Shown one piece after another: positions 12,194 to 22,362 of a stretch of 39,162 bases of DNA. Every line of letters begins with the position of its first letter. Within the stretch, counting starts at the first letter, position 1. Made by a program: the position numbers and the translations under genes. Source of the DNA: Pelomyxa schiedti (taxonomy: Eukaryota > Protista > Evosea); contig JAHLWZ010000950.1 in assembly GCA_020536535.1 (NCBI GenBank), positions 1 to 39,162 on the forward strand, read 5' to 3'. The notes beneath the pieces are model-generated. The model ran no database searches and had not been told where the DNA came from. It saw nothing but the letters and a program-made list of their open reading frames with translations.

Positions 12194-13860
12194 TCAAGGG
12201 CTTGTTCTTTCAGCACTTACTAGCCGGAACATTTGGTTTGGTTTCGCTATTGTAGAATTGTAGCGGTATACCCCCACTGGGTGCAGGAATCCTCCTGGAC
12301 ACGGCTTCTTTGTGTGCACATCAACATCCAGGCACATTCCTGGTAATGCGGCAACACGCAGTGTGCGGTCCTGAATTTATGTGAGGGGAGTGAAAGACAT
12401 GTTGGATTTTGTGTGGTAGAAAGAGAAGAGTATTATTGTGGGAAATACCAAGCAGAGTTTCCATTTTTGATTTGGTCCCCCATGTCTTGCCCATTGAATA
12501 AGGGGTGGAATTTGATTTGGCTTGAGGTTCTGAACCCTCATGAGTTGGAAGAAGGAATTCCAAATGATTACCTTCATGTTTACGTCTAATACCAATCCAC
12601 TGTCAAGGTTGCAAATGCAGCCGTACTTGTCAAACTTCCATTTCTGAGTTCTGGAATCCGGATTGAATGGGGCACAGACAATGGAACACCCAGGCCTGTT
12701 GGCTTGTTCACCTGGAAGAAAACTGAGAAGAATCACTCGAAAGTGGCTGTGTTACCGCCGAAAACATCAAGAACACCACCAGCCTCACAAGCTATGACAA
12801 AATACTTGTTTGCTGGATTTGCCTTGTCAGCAGAGAGTGGTTGATATGTGGCCTTCCTCCCTTGTGCTTCCATCTTATTTTAGTGAATTGAGGTAATGAA
12901 GGGCAATTTACCTCCGCAGTAATTTGTTGAACTGATTCAGGATTGACAACTACGGGAAATGCCTTTACTGGAACAACCTGTCCCAGTTCAAAAGGATTTC
13001 TATAAGACATCAGACTGATGAGGCCTTCGAGCATAGGTTTTGCAGTGACTTCTTGGAGTTGATGAACATCAACAAAAATCCCATCTTCTATGTTTCGTGA
13101 ATCAAAAATTGAAAAGAGGGGAAAAAAACTTTTGCCCATTATAGCAATTTGCGCCGTGGATAGGTGCGCATGAGCTCCTAAAGCATCAACAAAAGTATTA
13201 TATGGAACACATAGCCTAATGAACTTGTAATCACAATAAATAAAGATACAACATACGTTGTCTCCCCAAAGCATGTCGCCCAGAATGTCCTTGTAGCCTT
13301 TGAAATATTAACTTTCATCAAAACATGAAATCAGTGTAGACTCACTGGGTCCGTGAGAATTTTGCTTGAGTTGAGGTTAAATGCTCCTGCAAGGTTGATA
13401 GCCTGCGTGAGCAAACCTAAGTGCTCCTTCAGTCTTGTGGTATTCTGGTTGATTTCCGCAACAGTTCCCTGAGGATTGAAGAATAACTGCAGAAGTTTGT
13501 TGGTTGGCACACTAGGGAATAGACCTGAACCTTTCTCTTGTTAGACTTTAGTTTATCCATTAGCCTGTTTGCTACAACGCATTCATCATTTATCATATTC
13601 ACAACAGTAGTTAATGCAGGCGTTGCCGTTCTCACTGGGCCAAGTATATCATTAATAGAGGATACTGTAGTCTCTAACTCTACAATTGCCTGGGGGCAAA
13701 AAAAAATTAACACAGGGAACCCCTCATTGCCACCAAACAACAGAGAGTAACAAGCAACCTGAGGGACCATGGCGTTGGCGTCATATAGTTTCTTAATGTA
13801 GGCAGCAGCCTGAAGAGTCAGCATCAATGTACTAACCGACGCCGAGAACGGGTCCACCAT
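12194..13860 (-). CDS. Four-helix-bundle + Cbl-type EF-hand-like + ricin-B (R-type) lectin fusion protein
   Basis: N-terminus is amphipathic helical (MVDPFSASVSTL...). Middle reads LTDPATRTFWATCFGETTLCVPYNTFVDAL, resembling the Cbl EF-hand segment. C-terminus has three beta-trefoil repeats (VLDV...TQKWKF; LVLDV...PNQKW; MCLDV...PNQMF). Confidence 0.8.
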
Positions 13861-13930
13861 CCCCCCCTTACTTCAGGCTTGTTATTTCAGAAACAGTTTC
13901 TTCACCTAAAAGAGTGAACCCATCACCCGG

Positions 13931-15419
13931 ATGGCAGGTGTCACCACTGGGGAACTTCACGAAGTAGAATGCGTTTCAGGAAGTGCCTTTGAATACGTAG
14001 ACGCGCGGGGTCAGTGTGACGCTCGCTACGTTTGCGCGGCGTGCGGGTGCCCCGCGAACTTGCCTGTGCTTCACGACTGCGCCGCGTGCTTCTGCATGGC
14101 ATGTGCCTCAAAGGTTTTTTTTTTTTCCCCGAGAGATGCTTAGGGGTTTTACCTTTGACTAGAACAATGATGGCAAGTGCACGGTGTGTGATGAGAAGAT
14201 AATGGGCAACACCAAGCCAATGACATCAAAGAGTGTGTTGGCGAAACTGGATGCGCTCGAAGTTCGTTGCCCTGTGTGTAAAGCTGTTGTCAAGAGGTGT
14301 GCTCTGGCTACCCACCTGTTGGCGTGTCCGACAGGTACTCAAGTTTATCGTTCCAACAATTCATATGTTGCATTAAGGTCCGCTCATCATGTATTTACAG
14401 ATTGCCCCAGGGGATGCGGCGTGAAGGTGGCACCACAGAATCAGGCCATTCATGAAAGTACAGACTGCCTAAATGTGTTTGTTATTTGTCAGTCATGCAA
14501 TGAGCGTCTTCAGAGGAAGTTTGTCATGGATCTATCTCATGTGAAGATGGATTGCCCAACCAGTGTGTAAGTCGAACCTTCCTTTACACTGGGTAATCTT
14601 AAAAGGTTGCTTGAATGGTTGTGGGGTAAAACTGAAGCCAAGAGACATGAACGAGCACATCAACACCAAGTGCCCCAAGTCTCTTGTGAAGTGTTCATCA
14701 CAGTTTTGCGCGTGGTCAGGACCAAGATCCACCATTAGTGATCACACATCGACGTGTATCCTGCTCAAAATCAGCCCTGCGCTTGACTCTCTCGTTGATG
14801 AAAACAGAAGCCTGCAAATTGAAATGAACAAACTGAGGGAAGAGTCTGGGCAGAAAGTGGAAGTATTGCAAAATGAAATTTCACTGCTTCGTGGACAGGT
14901 GGTACTGTTAGGGAACCACTTCTTTCCACAAGGTATAAGGGTGAATGAACCTGTTCAAGTACTTGAGGGATGGAATGTTCACTATAAGGAACCATATTCA
15001 CACTCCACAAGGCCATGTGACATTGACCCTGGAAGGGGTGAATGGATCCTTGTTGCTTCCCAGAAGGTAGTTACTGATGCAGAATCCCTCTCACAAACAC
15101 ACAGGGTGGGTCTGAAGTTCTGTCTCTGTGTGCCATTGGCAGAAGGTCAGAAGTGTGCAGGAGAACTCAGTCGCTAGATACGGCAGTGCTACACAGGGGC
15201 ACGTACTGGTATTTTGTGGAAGGTAAGTCATTTGGGTTTACACCAAAGAGCACCCTGGGGCTTCAAGGTTTTTATTGCGATGCCTGTGAAGATGGTGCCG
15301 AGAAGAGGCTGAGTTGGCGCCTGGATGGGAAACTTGGGGGCTGGCGCTCAGGCACAACAACTTTTAGTTCCGCCTCAGACAATCTGCTAGCTTGGCTAAA
15401 GATTGTCTGTTGGATCTGA
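13931..15419 (+). CDS. RING + TRAF-type zinc fingers + coiled coil + unnamed C-terminal domain
   Basis: CAAC...HDCAACFCMAC...CTVC RING-like. Repeated CPRGCG/CLNGCG...H...C TRAF zinc fingers. Coiled coil LVDENRSLQIEMNKLREE. C-terminal YWYFVEGKSFGF...RLSWRLDGKLGGWRSG. Confidence 0.85.
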
Positions 15420-15471
15420 AGAAATAAGGAAAGATTCAAATTGGTTTTTTTTTCTGTTTATGGCACAAGAA

Positions 15472-16376
15472 TTAAACTGCATAGCACATTGGTGGCAGCA
15501 TGAAGAGGTCCTCTGACTGGTCTCCAATGACAAGTGTGTCCTACACAAATGGTGATTGATTGTGAGGGTGGTATTGGGAGAGTGTAGCTGCGGGCATATT
15601 TGTGTTTTTGTTCATACAGGATCAAACCACCACTGTTCTTTTTCATCACCGGCACTGTACCTAACAGGGGCCGCATCACTGACCCGGTCCTGTGGACATT
15701 CTTAGTTGGCCGGGCACATGAGAGAAGAAACCCAACCCAGTATTCACTGGCATATGTGGGGAATTGAAGCACCCAATGGTCACATAGGTATCCTCCCATG
15801 GTCTACAATGGAGTGTTTGTCTTTAGGGAATAGGTAGGAAATAGGTACCTGTTGGTCCTTCCAGATGAACATATTCATCCAGTCAGGAGGAAGCGGACCT
15901 ATTCCATTCATAGAAGTGTCCTGTAGACAGCGATTTTCACTCGGAATAGTAACCCACAGCTGTGGATACGGCAGCTCGTACCACAACCTAAAAACGAATC
16001 ATTAGAACTGTTTTAGTTTTTTGAACAAAAAAAAAGGGAAAAAAAAATAAAGAAAAAACGTAAAAAGGGGCTGTTGCAACAGTGAGGGGGGAAAGGACAC
16101 GGGGAAACACACGCACAGGGAGCATGGGTTAGTTGTGTTGTAGTATTTAGTGCACTCGTGGTTGTTTGCTGAGTGGTCTATCCTCTGGGCCTGGTACGCC
16201 GCCCAGTCGTAGTACAGCTGCGTGTCGTGCACCGGCTCAGGGTCTGTTATGTTGGGCTCGGCCAGCGTCACTTGTATGAAGAACGACCCCGGCCACGTCG
16301 GCGAAAGCGGGTCCGCAGCCCCTCCCATAATCGCTAGCGACACCACCGCAACGGCCACAGCTACGACCCCTTTCAT
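15472..16376 (-). CDS. Secreted or lysosomal ependymin-related (EPDR, LolA-fold-like) protein
   Basis: Signal peptide MKGVVAVAVAVVSLAIMGGA. Spliced core PTWPGSF...LYYDW...QRIDH...GIGPLPPDW...CDHW...YWDRVSDAAPVRY...DLFMLPPMC-stop, matching the P..P..F / YD / C..W / F..P..C pattern of EPDR-like proteins. Confidence 0.65.
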
Positions 16377-16615
16377 GGTGTTGTTCGCGTTGTTGTTTGA
16401 AATTTTTGTTGTTTTTCGGGTTTCGGGGAATGTTGGTTCTCATTCACCCATAATTCGGGGCAGGCGTTGGGGGTGGGTTCAACGCGGGTGAGAGGGGATA
16501 AACAAATCACCGGCGCAGGGCCAGGCGCATAACGTTTTTGTCATTCGCCTTTTACTAATGAGCAACCGTGCTCCTGGTCGTCATCAAATGCGCTTTGATC
16601 ACGTATTTTTGTGAA

Positions 16616-16637
16616 TGAGAGAGGCTATCCTCTCTCA
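16616..16637. repeat. Perfect 9-bp inverted repeat (TGAGAGAGG-ctat-CCTCTCTCA)
   Basis: Read directly. Lies about 55 bp upstream of the transposase-like ORF. Confidence 0.8.
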
Positions 16638-16691
16638 CTTGACTGAATAAAAAAAACTCCGGACCGACGTCGCGTCTCTGAAGTTTAGTTT

Positions 16692-18268
16692 TTGTTGCTA
16701 TTCTACAACAGCTTATTCTTTATTGCATTCCTGAATTCCCACTCGCAAGAGGCAGGGAATAGATCGGTTGCCCGTCGGGATCATCACCATCATGTGATGC
16801 ATCACCCTGATGGTACTAAACAAACCGAAACAGCAAGAATCTTGGATGACTCCAAGAAATCCCTTGTGAGGGAGTTTATTGAGAAACAGAAGGGTATGTC
16901 CAACAACAACACTGCCACCACAAGAGGGCAGCAACACCTCTCAGTCACAACACTTTTAAACATGATACCTCACAATTACAAACACAGGGAAAGACAAACA
17001 GATATGTGTGACATCTGTGACACAGGGAAGAATATCAGTTGTGAGTTGGCTAATGCGTTGCCAGAAAACAAACAAAAACGAAAACAACAACTCCAAACAC
17101 AAATGGACATCTACCAGCAACACCTTTCAATTAAAGACATTGACACAATGGAGCAGTTCATTCCTGAAATGCAGTCTGCCTTTGAGAAGGATCACTTGAT
17201 GAAGAATGTCTTTATCTTGAAGTATGTTCACTCTCTCCTCAAAGTGTAATTAAATTAAATAAACCCTGATTTTTACTTACTCTTCTTCTTCTTATCTCAA
17301 GGTATCCTGCTCACTTGGAAGTCCCTGAAACCCCAAAAAGTGTTTCTTTTCTGAAGTTCAGCAAAGAAAGAATCACTGACTACCACTGTTTCATGTACAA
17401 TCCAGGCAGCTCCCAGATAATCTTGAAAACAACTTCTGATGAGTCATGCCCAGGAATTGGGGTAACCAAGGTGGTTGGCACCAGAAACAACACTCGTCAG
17501 ATCAAGATTAGCTACTCCAAAAGGACAGCAGAGCAAAGCATGGAGCAGGAGGAGCTTGTAACTGAATACACTCCCAGACTTCAGAAACAAGCAAGAAGAC
17601 AACACCAGCGTATGGTTGCTTCTTACACTGCTGACCCTCAGCCTGAACAGCAGGGTCAAGAAGACCACAATTGGGACCACCACCACAACCACCATAGCCA
17701 TAGCCGTCACCAGCAACAGCAATCACAACCACAACGCCAGCAGCATACCCAGCAACCCCAATCACAACAACAGCGGCTGCAAGCACAAGCACAGGCCCTC
17801 ACTTTGCCAGTTCCGCGTACGGCAGCACAGCCCACTGTCATCACCACACCCCCACCACCTTGCACACAAGTGGTACCACATCAGGGAGCTGCTGCTGCTC
17901 CCCAGGCTCAATCACAGTTACTGCAACAACTCTATCAAGGGATGTCCCAGAACCGCCAGCAACAGCAGTATCATCAGCCGCTGCAATCTCTCCCTAACAA
18001 CTATCCGACAGCACCAAGGGGAACCTCCCCACCCACCATTATTGCAGCTCTACCACGACCATCATCACCTCATCACCCTGTTGTTCACACACAAGTGCAA
18101 CAACAAAGACCACGCCAGGAACCACCACCACCATCACCTCGGCAAGTATCTCTTGGGTTCCGCCATACACACACCACACAGCCAGCTGTTCCCCTGACGC
18201 AACAACAGGGTCAATCCCACCACCGGGTTTTACCACCACCACAACCGTTGCCGGCGAATAGTAAGTAG
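16692..18268 (+). mobile_element. Probable internally deleted, 5'-truncated DNA-transposase-derived gene with Gln/Pro-rich tail
   Basis: Exon 1 has RILDDSKKSLVREF...LSVTTLLNMIPHNYKHRERQTDMCDICDTG...YQQH, a TDxCxxC..H pattern seen in Sola-like DDE transposases. Intron 17222-17301. Exon 2 has ITDYHCFMY then a Q/P/H-rich region. No catalytic core or TIRs seen. Confidence 0.45.
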
Positions 18269-18269
18269 T

Positions 18270-18965
18270 AGTAGTCCTCTCTAATAATGTGTTGCCCTAG
18301 CACAGCGCCATTGCGGGACTGCAGCAGCAGCAGGTTGTTGCTGTGGAGGCAATACAGCTTGCCCTCGTCGTCGTGGTTGTTGTTCGGTGTCGTGAGGGTG
18401 AACGGAACCACCGGCAGTCGATGGCGTAGTTGGCGTGTCGGTGTTGGGTTGGGGGCAAAAAGGTCCCGAGTCGTCGTCGAGGAGGGACTTATGGGAGGGG
18501 TGGCTGGCCTCGTCGTCAGACTTCTTCCGCCGTAGCCGTCGCCGTAGTCGACGTCCCACCCCGAAGTAACTGCACTCATTTTTTCGTTTGAACGAATTCC
18601 ACTCGACAATCACAACCGACACAAGACGGCGAGGTTGTGCTGCGCTCGCGAGCGCGAGGCGGAGCTAGAGGGAGCAGGCAGGGGGAATGGAGATGTTTGT
18701 GTACACACGGGAGGATGCAGGGCTGCCCACAGAGCATCAGTCTCGGTGTCGCGGGTGGAAACGCGAAGCCACACACAGAGTAACCGGTGGCACCACAACA
18801 CGGTGCGGTTGACTCGTCTGTGTAGCGTGTGCACCTGGCGGGGCACGGCGAAGGGGACGGGGACGCGGGGACGGGGAGAGGCTACTGGGCTAGTGCTGCT
18901 GCTCGTCGTTTCTTGGTGCTCGTTGTAGGCGTGCGTTCTGTTCTCGTCGTGGAGTGCTCATCATG
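18270..18965 (-). pseudogene. Degenerate GC-rich gene fragment(s)
   Basis: ATG at 18964 gives only 24 codons. Coding-like stretches continue in different frames (PFAVPRQVHTL..., SGIRSNEKMSAV...). Confidence 0.3.
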
Positions 18966-19471
18966 GCGTTCGAAATTAAACCCTTTACGTTCAGATTAGG
19001 AGTTGTGAGAGGCCCCTGAGGAAACAAACTCAGAATAACTTCGAGAGCAACCACACAGTAATTGGCACAGTTAATTCGCGGTGCAGGCTTGTCAGTGTCT
19101 CGACCTGCCAAATTGAGATCTATAGTTTTCTACTGTTGCATTTCAAACAAAATCAACAAACAAAAAAAAAAACTTGGGCACGCCGGTGCCGCACGACAGG
19201 CACGGATCTACGGTGTAACCATAACAGCACCAACAATACATAGTCTACGTAACGCATGCCCCACTGTATGTGGTTTTTCCATCCCCAATAGAACTGCACC
19301 AAAAATAAAATATATCACTCAAACAATGCATATCACGCATGGCGATAACAACTACAGTACGCATCTATTTTCATAGTTACCCTAAATGAATACTCCTCAC
19401 TTGCTTTGGTGCATTTGTATTTTACACGGCAGTACGCACCGCTCTCAACAGCAAGGTAGTCTTTATTATAC

Positions 19472-19930
19472 TCACACCATTACTAACCTTATCTCAGAGC
19501 CGGCTCTGATTTGGCTATTATCAAATGACAAATTGACATCATCAAACCCTTCTTCTTCTTCTTCCTTCAAAAGCAAGCCAGCAGCAGCAAAATCTCGCGA
19601 AATCGGTGCTGGACCGCCGGTGATGGAGTTCTTTGGAGAGGGATTGGGTAGTGGTGGTGCACGGCATGGAGTCCCACCAAAGACGAAAAAAACCGGTGCA
19701 CGCTTTCCCGAAATTTTTTTCCGCAATTCGCGTGTTGACTACGCCAAAGGGTTTCTCAGGATCGAACTCGTACTGGCAATGAGGGGTGTGCAGAGGGCAG
19801 GGCCTGTAGAAGGAGAGAGAGAAGGGAGAGAATAGGGGCGTACCCTTAGTGGGGGTGATCATTTGATGTCGCCGCTGTTGGACTGTCCTGCGGTAAAAGG
19901 TGCAGGCTCGGGTGGACTGATTCAGAAGTG
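19472..19930 (-). pseudogene. Spliced gene fragment with an in-frame TAG
   Basis: Two plausible GT-AG introns join MITPTKG|PALCTPLIASTSSILRNPLA*STRELRKKISGKRAP|NSITGG...KEEEEEGFDD. Confidence 0.3.
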
Positions 19931-20175
19931 ATCGTATTTTTCCACGAATTCAATGGAAGGACCCAACGTGCATGTTCTAGATAAAGCGATAAGTAAACAA
20001 CTTTTATTTTTTATACGGTGGTGCGCACCCACACCACAACCGAACCCACAATTATTTTTATGCTTGCACCATGTACGGAGAATACAAAGGCGTTCTTGGC
20101 AACAGCGCACTCAACCTTATTGCAAGTGTGTTTTTGGAACACATGTCTCACTTTTTTAAATTAAACCAGTAATGT

Positions 20176-21222
20176 ATGCCTACGTCATTAGATGCCTATG
20201 GTGCTAGTAGAAATATTGTGAAAATGAAAGGGAAACTTGGAGGGTCAATACTGGACCCAATGGAGGCCTACGGACATGCCTCAGCTGTTGTATTTACTCC
20301 CGAATTGGAATCGGATGAGAACCAGCTGCTGAATGGGGGTGAAATGGAGGGATTCGTTGAGGGAGAAATTGAGGAACTCGTGGAAGCTGAGATTGAAGCC
20401 GTAATTGAACCAGGTAATTCTTAACACCAGTGCTTCTTTGTGACAACTTCAGAACAACCGGCAATTGATTCCGTTGCTGAAACTTTCCCTGCGAATCCAC
20501 AGGAAATATCCGCTGATAATCCCACCTCACTAAAACCGATTAGTGATTACAACCCTGGGATCTCTACCCGACCTGATGAACTGGAAGGTGAAGAATCAAC
20601 TAGTGGCGAACTTATTACACCGGAGCGGGAGTCAACCAAAATTCTACATCTTTCTGCAAACCTCCCAGAATGCCTCATCTCTCCCGAAGAAAGAGTCCCA
20701 GACCAAGTAACAGAACCTCCGGCTCTTACTGATAAAGCTTCCCAACAAAACGCCATTGCACTGGTCAGTGATTCCGCCTCACCCACACTAGCACATCATC
20801 CTGCTCATATTGAAAGTGCGGAGGACTTAATTGCCGGTTCCTTCACCCTCCAGGAACAGGAGGACCAAGCGCCTGCAATAACAACTGAGGTTCATGAATC
20901 CTTCATCAACCAGCACAATATTCCTGCTTTGTCACCGCACCAGGATGTGAATAGTGCTATACTTAGTGCCTGTTCGGAACACGTGGAAGTCGGCTGTGTT
21001 GAACTGGAGAGCATTCATAAAGCCTCAATTCCTGATTGTGATTCTGTTGTAGTCACATTGACTCTACCCCATGTGGAGAGCACACCGCTAGTTGCCCCAA
21101 AAAGACGCAAGCGGCACAAGCACTCTTCACTTCTCCCTGTTGTGATCACCACTTTTGTGGTGGTTGTAGTACTTTTGGGACTTATGATAGCACTCACTGT
21201 AGCAGTATTCAAATTTATTTAA
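20176..21222 (+). CDS. Acidic, disordered, tail-anchored membrane protein
   Basis: One intron (about 20414-20451) joins ORFs 20176 and 20440. E/S/P-rich body, then KRRKRHKH and a C-terminal hydrophobic segment ending KFI-stop. Confidence 0.7.
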
Positions 21223-21289
21223 AAAAAATATTGTTTTTATATCTTTTTTTAATCTTGGTTTAACATAGTTGGTTGTTGAGCCACATTCC

Positions 21290-21720
21290 TCAGAAATTTC
21301 CTGGGCTCTTGGGCTTAGCCGTGCACCAGCCAGAGTTGCTGATATAGTTCACAATATAAAGCCCTTCAGCAGTCTGGACATAGTACCAGAAGTCACCATC
21401 CTCGTTGTAGCACACAGTTGGTGACACAGCAGTTGTGGGGTACGAGCGATTGTTATAGGTTATGTGTTTCCCGTCTGTAGGTGGTGGTAAGCCTTATGAA
21501 TGGAAATAGTTTGGAGATACCAAACTCCAGCACTGTCCCATTGTTAGTCTGTGTGTATGTGTTCGTCCCAGTCTCCTTTGCGTGTATAATACAAGAACCT
21601 TGCTAAAGAGCGAGTTCAGTACACACATAAATCCACCCGGGTATTTTTGTGTTTGGTATTTTTATGTGATTAGTATTACTTTCCTTTTTTTTAAATAGGT
21701 GAAAACCATTTGAACACTAG

Positions 21721-21751
<31 letters not shown>

Positions 21752-22222
21752 AAAGAAAGGAATCCGATATAGTGAACCGAACACACACACACTTTTATCT
21801 ACATATATATGCATATTTGTACCACGCGGCGGGGGGGGTTGGGTTGGGTTGTGTGGGGGCGGGGGGGGGGTACGTGCCTTTATGCAGTGGTACTCGGAGC
21901 CAGTCCATATGTACAGCCAGTTGTCGTCAGCAGCGAACACGGTGGGGCTGACCATGTGCCTCGCGTACGCCTTGCCTCCGTAGCTCACGTGGCCGTCCGG
22001 CGTGACGTCGAACGTGGCGGAGCTCCCGTCCTGCAGGAACGTGCCCCACGGCACCCGCTCAGGCTCCGCCGGCAGCAGCAGCCCCCCCGTGCTCGCTCCC
22101 GTACTAGTCGCCGCGGCCGTGCTGGTGGCGGTTGCCGCGGGGGCCGCCGCGCTCGCCGACGTGGTGGCGCTTGTCGTCGACGACTTGGGAGGCGGTGCCG
22201 CCGTGCCTGTTAATCGTCCCAT
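21290..22222 (-). CDS. Hypothetical protein: Thr/Ala linker + two tandem ~65-aa beta-rich repeats
   Basis: Repeat 1 TFLQDG...DGHVSYGGKAYARHMVSPTVF..DDNWLY. Repeat 2 TYTQTN...DGKHITYNNRSYPTTAVSPTVC..DGDFWYY. Stop TGA at 21290-21292. Confidence 0.7.
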
Positions 22223-22362
22223 TATTAGTATTGTCGGAGGTGGGCTCGGTGTTGGCGGTGCGCCGCTTGGTTGTTGTTGGGGTTTTGTTTTTCTCTTTTG
22301 TATTTTCCAGTAAAACGAAATTGTTGTTTTATTTAGTGGACGTTGGGGTTGTTGTGGTGGTG

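Noticed and set aside
13088-13135. Possible GC-AG intron in the lectin gene
   Set aside because: A GT donor 6 nt inside gives an in-frame canonical 42-nt intron.
21721-21749. A29 tract as a retroposon tail
   Set aside because: It is the polypyrimidine tract of a minus-strand intron; no TSD or element body.
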